A DNA stretch of 64,000 nucleotides from Acidobacteriota bacterium. GTDB lineage: Bacteria; Acidobacteriota; UBA890; WLXD01. Position numbers and translations under genes: made by a program. The notes beneath the pieces are model-generated. The model saw only the letters and a list, made by a program, of their open reading frames with translations, was not told where the DNA came from and did no database searches. The stretch is taken from assembly GCA_965248695.1 (NCBI GenBank), contig CBDFKD010000002.1, forward strand, positions 5,161,691-5,225,690. Reading direction: 5' to 3'. Shown piece after piece: positions 48,554 through 57,032 of this stretch. The first letter of the stretch is position 1. Each line of letters begins with the position of its first letter.

Positions 48554-49801
48554 ATGGCCTGGACGACTCCCAAGACATTCGTGGCCGGTGCCGTGCTGAC
48601 GGCGGCGGAGCTGAACACGCATATGCGTGACAACCTGAACCATCTGTTCGACAGCATCGACGATGTCGGCACGCTCTTCAACATCGCCTCCAAGACGGCT
48701 GCCTACACCGCCACCACCGCCGACACGGTACTGCTGTGCGATGCCTCCTCGGGTGCCTTCACTCTCACGCTGCCGGCAGCCTCGGGCAACGCTGGGCTGT
48801 ACTACCTGATCAAGAAGATCGACTCCTCCGCCAACGCCATCACCATCGATGCCAACGGCTCAGAGACCATCGATGGGGCCACGACCTACGTGTCGGAGAT
48901 GGAGGATCAAGCGGTACTGATCGTTTGCGATGGCTCCAACTGGGAGACGCTATCGCACACCGCCAACAGTCTGCTGAACGTGGTCTCCAAGACCAGCGCC
49001 TATACGGCCTCGGCCACCGTAGACCAGGTGATCTTGTGCGATGCTTCTTCGGCAGCTTTCACCCTCACGCTGCCAGCCGCTTCGAGCAACGCCGGGGTGT
49101 ACCTGTACATCAAAAAGATCGACTCCTCCGCCAACGCGGTGACGATCGATGGCAATGCCTCAGAGACCATCGATGGGGCCACCACGTTCGTGGTGAACTA
49201 CGAGGATCAGGCCGTTGTCCTCGCGTGCGACGGGACCAACTGGGAGACGCTAGCGCGGACCAGCACGCCGGTCTCCGCAATGGCCTTGATCGCCGCGGCG
49301 ACGCCAGCCAGCGGAACGATCTCGATGAGCTCCCTCACCACCACCGACTACGACGCGCTGTGGCTGGTGGTTACGGGTCTGGAGTCCGATACCGATCAGG
49401 ATGAAGTAGAGATGCAGCTCAATGCCACCACCGCGGGCTACCACTATGCGGACGAGATCGTCAGCGAGACGACCATCGAGCAATCCTTCGGCGCCGGCAA
49501 CGCCGGCTCGATCAAGCTGCTGTCCAATAGCGTCGGGGCCCGGAGGCTGGGCAATGCCGCCGATGAGGGGGCGTTCTTTTCGGTCTGGATCGACAACGAC
49601 CACCACGCCAACGAGTTTCTGGTGTTTTACCAAGGCTCCTATGTGGACGCTGACGGCAGGCTCTGGTCCTCGCTCGGCGGCAGCGGCTGGGTGGATCTGG
49701 GCACCGCCACCTCGATCACGCAGATTGACATCAAGGCCACCACGGGCAACCTGGATGCAGGCACAGCACGTTTGTACGGGCTCCGAAAGGCGGCGGCATG
49801 A
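48554..49801 (+). CDS. Tail fibre / receptor-binding protein with an internal tandem duplication
   Basis: Two ~90-aa repeats (48689-48985 and 48986-49258) sharing LCDASS.AFTLTLPAAS.NAG and KKIDSSANA.TID. Confidence 0.5.
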   Translation: MAWTTPKTFVAGAVLTAAELNTHMRDNLNHLFDSIDDVGTLFNIASKTAAYTATTADTVLLCDASSGAFTLTLPAASGNAGLYYLIKKIDSSANAITIDANGSETIDGATTYVSEMEDQAVLIVCDGSNWETLSHTANSLLNVVSKTSAYTASATVDQVILCDASSAAFTLTLPAASSNAGVYLYIKKIDSSANAVTIDGNASETIDGATTFVVNYEDQAVVLACDGTNWETLARTSTPVSAMALIAAATPASGTISMSSLTTTDYDALWLVVTGLESDTDQDEVEMQLNATTAGYHYADEIVSETTIEQSFGAGNAGSIKLLSNSVGARRLGNAADEGAFFSVWIDNDHHANEFLVFYQGSYVDADGRLWSSLGGSGWVDLGTATSITQIDIKATTGNLDAGTARLYGLRKAAA

Positions 49802-50226
49802 ACTACAAGCTCCTGGTGCGGGATGAGGACGGAGAGATCCTGGCCTCAAGGCGCGCACCGAAACAGCCGGATGGCTCCTATGAAGGGCAGCCCCTGGACT
49901 ACGTCGCGCCCAACGATCCGAAGGCCGTGCGCTACGGCATCGACGAGGTTGTGGCCACGGACGTGTGGACGGGCTCCGGCGCCCTGCGCTCCGGCTACTC
50001 GGTGGTTGTGATCGACTCCGCAGTGCACCCGAAGATGACAGCGCACAAGGTGCTGGAGGGGCAGCTGGTGGACAAGAGTGCCTCGGAGCGGGAGGCTTCG
50101 GAGCGGGCCTCCAAGCCGGCCGAGGAGCGCCGGCGCGAGGATGCGCTCGCGTGGCTGGCAGAAAACCCCGATGCGTTGGTGCCCGCCTCACGAGTGTTGC
50201 AGTTGATGGGGCAGGCGGATGCATGA
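49798..50226 (+). CDS. Hypothetical phage protein
   Basis: ORF in the operon context only. Confidence 0.3.
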   Translation: MNYKLLVRDEDGEILASRRAPKQPDGSYEGQPLDYVAPNDPKAVRYGIDEVVATDVWTGSGALRSGYSVVVIDSAVHPKMTAHKVLEGQLVDKSASEREASERASKPAEERRREDALAWLAENPDALVPASRVLQLMGQADA

Positions 50227-50440
50227 GGGGGTCGCGCAGCTGGACTACGAGGCTCTGGAGCGGCTGTATTGGCAGCTACCGGAGCCGATGCGGAGCCAGT
50301 TTCAGCAGCAACCGTGCATCCAGAAGGTACGGTGCCCACAGTGCCAGAGTCGACTGCTTGATCTACGAGGTAGCATCGCGCACATTAAGTGCAGGTGCGG
50401 CAAGGTCCACAAGCTGGGCCGGCTGAGCCTGACAATCTAA
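50219..50440 (+). CDS. Zinc-ribbon protein, Mu Com-like
   Basis: The pattern RCPQCQSRLLDLRG...IKCRCGKVHKL resembles Com-type zinc fingers. Confidence 0.4.
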   Translation: MHEGVAQLDYEALERLYWQLPEPMRSQFQQQPCIQKVRCPQCQSRLLDLRGSIAHIKCRCGKVHKLGRLSLTI

Positions 50441-50481
50441 GAGCCCCGAGAGGGCCTAAAACCTAACCGAGACCCGAGAGG

Positions 50482-50509
50482 TCCAGGCGTATTCGCCTGG
50501 GCCTTTTTG
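50482..50509 (+). terminator. Rho-independent terminator at the end of the structural operon
   Basis: Stem CCAGGCG/CGCCTGG (50482-50488 with 50493-50499), loop TATT, followed by GCCTTTTTGT. Confidence 0.75.
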
Positions 50510-50524
50510 TATGCAGAGACTCCG

Positions 50525-51559
50525 ATGACGAGCAACATGAATCGCCGGCAGCTGCTCAAGAGGGGCGGCGCCAGCAGCGCGCTGCTGGGCGTGGGCGACC
50601 TTTCCCCGCTGCTGGCCCCACGCATACTCGTGGGTCCCTTCGTACAGGAACTGCTCACGTACCGGCGCGCCACCCAGCTGCGACTCGTGCGTCAGGCCCA
50701 AGAGCTCGGTCTGGATGCCCTCGGCTTTTGCCTGTGGCCCATCGTGCCGGGGGGCGTGGAGATAATCCGCTACCCGGTGCCGTATGCCGGCTACGACCTG
50801 TCCCGGCCCACGGTGCCGTACCAGCGACGCCTGCACGAGACCGTGAGTGCCTCGGTGGCGGCCGGCATCCGGCCCTACGTCTACGGGCCGATGTTCCCGG
50901 ACCTACGCCGTTACCACCCGATGTTCGAGCGCATGAGGTTCGGTGGCCGCGGCATCCGTGCGGCGGACTGGGCCACTTGGAGCCCGCTGGCGCACGATGC
51001 CTGGAGCCATTTCCTGTTGCGCATCCACGCCGAGTACGGCGACGCGGTGGCCTACGTGGACGGTGTGGAGCCATTCACGCGCTACCTGCCGCCGCCCCCG
51101 AACCACTTCACGGCTCAGATGAGGCAGGCGCTCCCGGGCATCCTGTCGGCGGGCATCCACGAGCGTCACTTTAACCCCGGCGACTCCGACATCCCGCATG
51201 CCCGCGTCGTGGCTTCCGACGGCTGGGGCCGCAGCACGCGGCGCTGGCACTGGGGCCGCCCGACAACAGGGACGGGTCCCGTCCGCCGGCCCTTGGCGGC
51301 GCTGCCCCCGGGTAAGGCATCCGACCAGCGAACCGCTGAGGGCCAGGTGGCCTCCTACTTTCGTGGCGCTGCCGATACGGCCCAGGCGCAGGGCGCCGAG
51401 GCGTTCCTGGTGCTGCACACCCCTGGCTGGGTGGTGTCCTCGGAAAAGGAGGCCAAGGCGCAGGCCAACGACCCGGACCACTACCAGGGTCACCCGGCGG
51501 TGGCGAGTCTGCATGCACCGCCCTTCGGGGCCATCTATCAACAGCTGGCGGCGGCATGA
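50525..51559 (+). CDS. Tat-signal protein in the lysis cassette (possible exported cell-wall hydrolase)
   Basis: NRRQLLKRGG twin-arginine motif. First gene after the terminator and upstream of the holin-like genes. Catalytic family not recognised. Confidence 0.4.
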   Translation: MTSNMNRRQLLKRGGASSALLGVGDLSPLLAPRILVGPFVQELLTYRRATQLRLVRQAQELGLDALGFCLWPIVPGGVEIIRYPVPYAGYDLSRPTVPYQRRLHETVSASVAAGIRPYVYGPMFPDLRRYHPMFERMRFGGRGIRAADWATWSPLAHDAWSHFLLRIHAEYGDAVAYVDGVEPFTRYLPPPPNHFTAQMRQALPGILSAGIHERHFNPGDSDIPHARVVASDGWGRSTRRWHWGRPTTGTGPVRRPLAALPPGKASDQRTAEGQVASYFRGAADTAQAQGAEAFLVLHTPGWVVSSEKEAKAQANDPDHYQGHPAVASLHAPPFGAIYQQLAAA

Positions 51560-51864
51560 GCGAGGAGCGGCTAGCGCGCATCGAGACGGCCGTGGCGCGC
51601 ACGGAAGCCAACGTGGCTGCCCTCAAAGGGGATGTCGAAACGCTCAATGAACGGCTGTGGAGGGGCAACGGCGGCAAGAGCCTCATGGTTCGCATAGAGC
51701 TGCTTGAGCAAACCCAGGTGACCACGGAGCACATCGAGCAGTTAGAAGCAGATCGAGAGAAACGAGAGGCAGCTCGCCGCTGGCACATCCGACACCTATG
51801 GGCCGCCATCGGAGCCGTGGTGGCCACCATCGTAGCCGGCTGGATCTTCGGAGGAGGGAGTTGA
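51556..51864 (+). CDS. Coiled-coil protein with a C-terminal TM helix (holin/lysis accessory candidate)
   Basis: Hydrophobic tail LWAAIGAVVATIVAGWIFG. Confidence 0.4.
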   Translation: MSEERLARIETAVARTEANVAALKGDVETLNERLWRGNGGKSLMVRIELLEQTQVTTEHIEQLEADREKREAARRWHIRHLWAAIGAVVATIVAGWIFGGGS

Positions 51865-52067
51865 TGAGCAAATTTTCGTTGTCTCAACGTGTAATGAAGC
51901 ATCTGGGCCCGTGGCAGCGCGCGCAGTCGCTCGCAGTGCGGATCGCTAAGGCGGTGGTGCTGGTGTGCCTAGCGTTCGGCGTGGTGTTCGCCGGGTTTTT
52001 CGGCAAGGTGCTGATCGTCGTCGTGCTGCTCGGCTGGGCGGCGCTGGCGGTGCTGGTGGGGCTATGA
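51864..52067 (+). CDS. Small two-TM membrane protein (holin candidate)
   Basis: ATG overlaps the upstream TGA. 67 aa with two hydrophobic helices. Confidence 0.45.
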   Translation: MSKFSLSQRVMKHLGPWQRAQSLAVRIAKAVVLVCLAFGVVFAGFFGKVLIVVVLLGWAALAVLVGL

Positions 52068-52098
52068 GACTCGCCGGCCTGCTCGCCTGGGGGCTGCC

Positions 52099-52455
52099 AT
52101 GAGCGACGACAAGCGCCTGATTGCCGTGTTGGGAGGGCTAACAGGCGTCGGTGTCCTGCTGCTACTGCTGGGGCTGGCCTCCGAGGTCCGCACGGCGACC
52201 GGTGTCTCACCCACGAATCTGGGGCTCGTGCTACAGGCATTCGGCAAACGCCTTCTGGCCGTGACGCTTGGCCTGGGGGTGCACCAGGTGATCGACCGCG
52301 CCTTCCTGCCGTTCCTGCGCATTGAGCAGGCCTTTCGCCGGGAGGGCAAGTTCTCCACCGATGCCATGAGCAATGAGGAGCGCATGGTGTGGGTCGCCGG
52401 TTGGTTCTTGACCTTGGCGGTCATCGTCCTCGCCTTCGCCTCGGCGGCGAGCTAA
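52099..52455 (+). CDS. Membrane protein (holin/antiholin candidate)
   Basis: Hydrophobic helices at both the N- and C-termini. Confidence 0.4.
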   Translation: MSDDKRLIAVLGGLTGVGVLLLLLGLASEVRTATGVSPTNLGLVLQAFGKRLLAVTLGLGVHQVIDRAFLPFLRIEQAFRREGKFSTDAMSNEERMVWVAGWFLTLAVIVLAFASAAS

Positions 52456-52973
52456 TGGCCGGCGCGATCCAGGTCACAGCCGCGCTGTTGGCGGTGTTCT
52501 ATGGCGAGCTCGCCGGCGCGGGGTTGCCACTCGATCCGTTCGAGTCGCGGTTTCGGGCGCAGATCCAAGTGGAGTCGGCTTGGCGGCCCGAGGCGCGCTC
52601 CAAGTACGCCGCCGGACTCGCACAGTTCACCCCTGCCACGTGGAGCGACATCGCGCCGTACACCGAGCCCTCGTGCGCTGGCGCCCCCGAGACTGACCCG
52701 GCCTGCTCGATCCGCTCGCAGATCGTGTACATGCGCCGACTATTGATCCGATACAGCGACTCGGCGACCCCGGAGGACCAGTGGGCGTTTGCCTCGGCTG
52801 CCTACAACGGCGGTCCTGGATGGATCAGCCGCGAGAAGGCGCGGTGTGCGGCGGCTCCAGACTGCGAGCCGCGCCGCTGGTGGGGCCACGTCGAGCTGCA
52901 CTGTTTACGCGCCGCGTGGGCGTGCCGTGAAAACCGCGCCTACCCGCGCAAAATCGTCGCGCGGCTGCCGTAG
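52455..52973 (+). CDS. Lytic transglycosylase (SLT domain) endolysin
   Basis: QVESAWRPEARSKYAAGLAQFTPATW carries the catalytic ES and GLAQF signature. Confidence 0.7.
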   Translation: MAGAIQVTAALLAVFYGELAGAGLPLDPFESRFRAQIQVESAWRPEARSKYAAGLAQFTPATWSDIAPYTEPSCAGAPETDPACSIRSQIVYMRRLLIRYSDSATPEDQWAFASAAYNGGPGWISREKARCAAAPDCEPRRWWGHVELHCLRAAWACRENRAYPRKIVARLP

Positions 52974-52980
52974 CGAAAGC

Positions 52981-53670
52981 ATGAGACTCCGCACTGCCAT
53001 TCTCCTCATCGCCCTCGCCACCCTCGTGGGCTTCGGTGCCGGATGGTGGCACTTCGCACCCTCGCTGCTGTCGCCTGAGGGGCTGGTCGGGCTGGCCTCG
53101 GGGCTGCTGGATCAGCAGCGCCGCGAGTCGCTGGCCCAGTACGAGGCGATGCAGGCGACCCACGCGGCCGAGATCGCCGCCTATGAAGCCGACCTCTCCG
53201 CTACAGAACGAGCGCTCGGCCAGCTGGGTCTCCGACTCGCCGAGCGCGATGCAGAGGCGGTCGAGGCGGAGCAGGCCCTTGGCCGCACTCTCCAGCTGGC
53301 GGCACAGCGCGAGGCGCAGCTGCGCGATGAGATCTTGGCGGCCGTCCCCGGGCTCGAGGTGCCCCTGGAGGAGCTACAGGCACAGCACCGCGGCGTGGTG
53401 AAGGGGTTCGAGCTACGGGTCAAGGCGCTGCAGCAGAGCGTCGAGACTCGTGACCAGCTGATCGTGAACCTGCGACAGCAGCTGGGTACCACTCGCCAGC
53501 TATACGAGACAACGCAAGCGCGGCTCGACCTGGCGGAGGCGCGGCGCAAGAGCCTCGAAGGACGGCGCGTGCGGCTAGCTCCAGCGCTGCTGATCGGCGG
53601 GATACGCGACCTGAGCGGCACAGACGGCTGGAGGGCTGGCGTCGCCGTCGGGATTGCGATCACCTGGTAG
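52981..53670 (+). CDS. Spanin-like protein (N-terminal TM + coiled coil)
   Basis: TM helix ILLIALATLVGFGAGWW followed by a long heptad-rich region. Last gene of the lysis block. Confidence 0.45.
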   Translation: MRLRTAILLIALATLVGFGAGWWHFAPSLLSPEGLVGLASGLLDQQRRESLAQYEAMQATHAAEIAAYEADLSATERALGQLGLRLAERDAEAVEAEQALGRTLQLAAQREAQLRDEILAAVPGLEVPLEELQAQHRGVVKGFELRVKALQQSVETRDQLIVNLRQQLGTTRQLYETTQARLDLAEARRKSLEGRRVRLAPALLIGGIRDLSGTDGWRAGVAVGIAITW

Positions 53671-53722
53671 GAACCTCGAAGCTGCGCCTGACCAATCCGG
53701 TGCCGAGACGGTGAGGATGCAG

Positions 53723-54421
53723 CTAGCTGGAGTTGAACCGAACCTCTAGCTCCTTGACAACATCCAGCAGGGTTGCTGTCGACGCCGGTAACAATACGTA
53801 GTACAGCGGCTCTCCGTCTCCAGCACCGGCCCGCGGTTCGATAACAAAAACCTTTTCGGCGAGAGTTGCCGCAAATGACGTGACGCTGTCTTTGGCCTCG
53901 TAGGTCACGCGGTACCCGATGCGCAACGGGAGCAAATGGTGTTCGTCAGCGTAGGGGCTCACGGTTGCCGGTTCGAGGGTCTGCTCGACGAACTCCTGGA
54001 ACGCAGAGGAGAACATCCGTCGAAAGTCGATGTCGAGGGTGCAGATGCAGAAACTGTCCTGTGTCTCTGCGATGGGGACCATCGCGTCAACGTCGCACAG
54101 GCCGGACTCGACGAAACACTGCATGAGCTGGGCGTGGAACTCGTCCGCGTTTTCCGATGTGCCGAGCACCGTCGAGGAGATCCGCCGGGGCTCTACCCGC
54201 GTATGCATGATCGGCACCGCCGTGTCTTCGTCCAGCTGGTACGCGCCCCTCTCGAATACCACGGTATCTAGCCCGGCTTCGCCCAGGTTCGGGTTTACGT
54301 TGTTGAAACCGAACTCGGTGATGAGCTTGTTGCCAAGGCCTGCTGACAACACGGCCCCCGCAGGAAGCACGTCCGATCTAAAGATGCGCGTCTGGCTGAC
54401 GCTCAGTCGTCGAACCTTCAC
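53723..54421 (-). CDS. Unknown 232-aa protein, third gene of a toxin/HTH operon
   Basis: GTG start overlaps the stop of the upstream HTH gene (GTGA). No motif recognised. Confidence 0.5.
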   Translation of the reverse strand: MKVRRLSVSQTRIFRSDVLPAGAVLSAGLGNKLITEFGFNNVNPNLGEAGLDTVVFERGAYQLDEDTAVPIMHTRVEPRRISSTVLGTSENADEFHAQLMQCFVESGLCDVDAMVPIAETQDSFCICTLDIDFRRMFSSAFQEFVEQTLEPATVSPYADEHHLLPLRIGYRVTYEAKDSVTSFAATLAEKVFVIEPRAGAGDGEPLYYVLLPASTATLLDVVKELEVRFNSS

Positions 54422-55092
54422 GCGACTATCCCCTGCTCAGCTCCGCTGGAGATTCCGGACGCCGGGCGCGCCTGAACCGAGGGGGCAATCGAGTCGTCCA
54501 TTGTGCTGGCGTAGTGGGAGATGTCGTCCTGCGGGATGAGACTACTGGCCCCTTGGGATTCCAGCCCGCTCTGGGGCACGCAGCTTGGTGCCAGATGCTG
54601 TTGGGTTGGTGCTCCTGGGGCGGGGTACCACCACATTGCCTTGCTGCCGATCGACGAGCCGGCAGAATGCCATATGCGAAGAAGGTCCGCGATCGTGATG
54701 GCAGTAGACGTATCCTCCTCTACTGCTCGGCCGTGGAACTCTGGATCCTCGTCAAACGAGGCCTGCCACAGGGTGGCAGGGCTGCGATCCTCGATCTCAA
54801 ACAGCATCTCACCAAAGCTCTCGAACCGCACCGACAATCCGATGTCGAAGATCTCGGCCAGCCGCTTAAGCGTCCCGATCCGCCCCGCCGGTTCGTTCGG
54901 ATCCTCTAGGCGGGAAATAGCTGACTGGCCGGTTCCGAGGAGTTCGGCAAGTTGCTCCTGAGATAGGCCCCGGTGCTTCCGGAGGATCCGAATCTGTGAC
55001 GCTACGACAGAATCGACGAACGAGTCGATGTAGGCATGCCGGTACTCTGGGTCACGAAACTCCTCGCGTAAGTGGTCTATGTCACGGGTCAA
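54418..55092 (-). CDS. XRE-family HTH protein (HigA-like antitoxin N-terminal domain + ~100-aa low-complexity extension)
   Basis: EFRDPEYRHAY...LRKHRGLSQEQLAELLGTGQSAISRLE. TTG start overlaps the upstream gene by 11 nt. Confidence 0.65.
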   Translation of the reverse strand: MTRDIDHLREEFRDPEYRHAYIDSFVDSVVASQIRILRKHRGLSQEQLAELLGTGQSAISRLEDPNEPAGRIGTLKRLAEIFDIGLSVRFESFGEMLFEIEDRSPATLWQASFDEDPEFHGRAVEEDTSTAITIADLLRIWHSAGSSIGSKAMWWYPAPGAPTQQHLAPSCVPQSGLESQGASSLIPQDDISHYASTMDDSIAPSVQARPASGISSGAEQGIVA

Positions 55093-55471
55093 AACGCTGC
55101 CTCCAATCCGCGTCGTCGATGATCGCTACTCGTCGCTTATTGGCTTTCGCACAACTGTTCCGGGGGTTCCACTTGCCGCCCACCTCGAACGCGCCCATCA
55201 GGAACGTGAACTCCGTGGTCTTGTCGATCGGCCCCTTGCACAATATGGGTCGTAGCTGCACTCCTCCGACTTGGATGCGGAGCTTGTAGAGATGCCGGTA
55301 CTTCCGTGTCGCGTCTTTGATTGGACCGGCAAGGAGCTCTGTCGAAACCGTCGGACCCTCTTCCCTGAGCAGTTTCGCCTTGTCGTTGAATCTGGCCTGC
55401 GCCCGACGCTGAAGACCATCGCGCCAGGAGGTAATCGTCCCCTGGCCTCTACCATCTACGTACTCATGCAA
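55082..55471 (-). CDS. Gp49/HigB-like (RelE/ParE superfamily) toxin
   Basis: The block LYKLRIQVGGVQLRPILCKGPIDKTTEFTFLMGAFEVGGKW matches the phage Gp49-type toxin pattern. The start is uncertain: TTG at 55471 has no clear SD, and the ORF is open up to 55666. Confidence 0.5.
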   Translation of the reverse strand: MHEYVDGRGQGTITSWRDGLQRRAQARFNDKAKLLREEGPTVSTELLAGPIKDATRKYRHLYKLRIQVGGVQLRPILCKGPIDKTTEFTFLMGAFEVGGKWNPRNSCAKANKRRVAIIDDADWRQRFDP

Positions 55472-55914
55472 GGAGAAGATGGGCGTTGACGGTACCTTAT
55501 CACGATACTGTGATGCTGCGAGTTGACGGCGCTTTCGGCGACTCACCTGGCGGGCAGCGATTATCACGGGCCATCCGGCGGGTATCGGGCGCACCCCCCA
55601 GTTCCTCCCCCACCGTAGAAAACACCGTGCGGCCCTTCGAAAAGGCCGCCCGGCGCTTGCGGGCACGTCGAAGCCCCTCAGCTTCGCGCGGCGGGAAAGA
55701 TAGCACGCGAGAAGATCGCCGGCACTTCAGCTGCCTGCCAGCAGATGCGGCGCCAGGCATGGCACAGGTGCTCGCGGCCAAAAAGCGGTCTTGATGAGCA
55801 ACCAAAAGAGCGGCCGGAGGAGGTATCGTAGCGAACGTACCGTTCCGACCGCTCTTTCGTTCTTCGTGTACCGGGTGGTGGTGGGCTGGTGCCGGCTCCG
55901 GGCTTCCTATCTAC

Positions 55915-55947
55915 GGGTCACGGGTTCGATCCCCGCCACCTCCACAC
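55915..55947 (+). other. tRNA/tmRNA 3'-end-like fragment (possible former att site)
   Basis: ACGGGTTCGATCCCCGCCACCTCCACA gives a T-arm plus a 3' acceptor strand. No convincing 5' half lies within normal tRNA distance. Confidence 0.45.
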
Positions 55948-56029
55948 CGTTACCACCACACTAAACCTCCCGCGCACGTAGTCGTCAACGCTGATCGGCC
56001 ACTCGGGTACAAAATAAGGCTGGAGCATT

Positions 56030-56305
56030 TCATTTGCCGGCTTCGGGGGCAACGAAGATCTCCTTCGCATCGTGCGATGACAGCGTGATTTCCCGGTCCT
56101 CGTTATCGCCGATGTAACCAACGTCTGCGAGCGTCACAGTTCTTCCAACATCTTCCGGTGCTACCACGATGCTCAGAGGCAGTTCGGAGGATCTCGGAAA
56201 CATGTACATTCGCGTTAGGAAGCCGCGATTCACAGCCTCAGCCAACTCAGCGGCAGCAACGTCTTTCGTGATGCCTTCGATGCTCGCGTATTCAGCTACG
56301 TCCAA
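56030..56305 (-). CDS. Hypothetical 91-aa protein
   Basis: TTG-initiated ORF. No motif. Confidence 0.3.
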   Translation of the reverse strand: MDVAEYASIEGITKDVAAAELAEAVNRGFLTRMYMFPRSSELPLSIVVAPEDVGRTVTLADVGYIGDNEDREITLSSHDAKEIFVAPEAGK

Positions 56306-56356
56306 ATAGCGCCCCCCCGTTCGACGGTATACAGTCTCGATCTAAATAGCACCTAG

Positions 56357-56408
56357 CCCGAGGGTAGAGAGACAATCCGATCAGAGGAAGGTGCTCTCTA
56401 CCCTCGGG
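56357..56408. repeat. Perfect 15-bp inverted repeat (hairpin)
   Basis: CCCGAGGGTAGAGAG at 56357-56371 pairs with CTCTCTACCCTCGGG at 56394-56408. 22-nt loop. Confidence 0.6.
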
Positions 56409-56422
56409 GGCTTGGATCTGGT

Positions 56423-56548
56423 CGCATCAAGAGCCTCAGCGGCCGGCGGATCAGGTTCGGGCGGCCCGCCGTGCTCATCGGTGCCGTGCGGAGCCCTGGG
56501 CGTGGATGGGAGCCGGGTGTCGCCGTCGGGATCGCGGTTACCTGGTAG
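56423..56548 (+). pseudogene. 3' remnant of a second spanin-like gene
   Basis: Translates to RIKSLSGRRIRFGRPAVLIGAVRSPGRGWEPGVAVGIAVTW*. This is colinear with the C-terminus of 52981-53670 (RRKSLEGRRVRLAPALLIGGIRDLSGTDGWRAGVAVGIAITW*). Confidence 0.65.
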
Positions 56549-56561
56549 GGAGGCGTGTGAT

Positions 56562-56774
56562 TTACCCCAACACCACTAGAGTATCGATCGTTGTCCCTAG
56601 CGCTCTAGCAATGCGGGACAGCGCGGCTGTAGAGCCGGGCTTGAGCCCACGTTCGATCTCAGACAGATATCCTGTAGCGATGCCCGTCTTGGCGGTGAGG
56701 TCGCGCACTGTGATGCCGTAGTGGGCGCGGAATGCAACGATTGGGCGTTCACCCTCCATAATGGCAAGTGCCAC
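56562..56774 (-). CDS. XRE-family HTH antitoxin-like protein, probably 5' truncated
   Basis: HTH GITVRDLTAKTGIATGYLSEIERG. The frame stays open upstream (SKEELEDRLAALEADDGSRIPHEV) to a TAA in an AT-rich junction at about 56868, with no earlier canonical start. Confidence 0.5.
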   Translation of the reverse strand: MALAIMEGERPIVAFRAHYGITVRDLTAKTGIATGYLSEIERGLKPGSTAALSRIARALGTTIDTLVVLG

Positions 56775-57032
56775 CTCGTGCGGGATACGGCTCCCATCAT
56801 CTGCCTCGAGTGCGGCTAACCGATCCTCAAGTTCTTCCTTGCTGGCAACAAGGGCATCGTGAATTTATTGCAATTCATAATTTCTGGATAATTTGCAGTT
56901 GCTTCTGCAGTTCACCTGTACTGAACGAAGACGAAGTGATCGACCAGTACGGCATCGCGCCCGAGCGGGAACACCAGAAAGGCCGCCTGCGGCTGATCAG
57001 CTTACGAGAGGCGTCTGCCTGAGAAGAAAGGT

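Larger units (their letters stand above)
27070..53700 (+). mobile_element. Prophage late region (siphovirus-like); boundaries and completeness uncertain
   Basis: Colinear methyltransferase, terminase, portal, scaffold, capsid, connector, tail tube, chaperone, tape measure, fibre and lysis genes, all on the + strand with overlapping stops and starts. No integrase is seen in the window. Confidence 0.8.

Noticed and set aside
55819-55947. Complete tRNA or tmRNA gene
   Set aside because: A GGAGG(T/A) block could pair with the 3' acceptor strand. However, the 126-nt span has no D arm or anticodon arm, no tag reading frame, and is far too short for a one-piece tmRNA.
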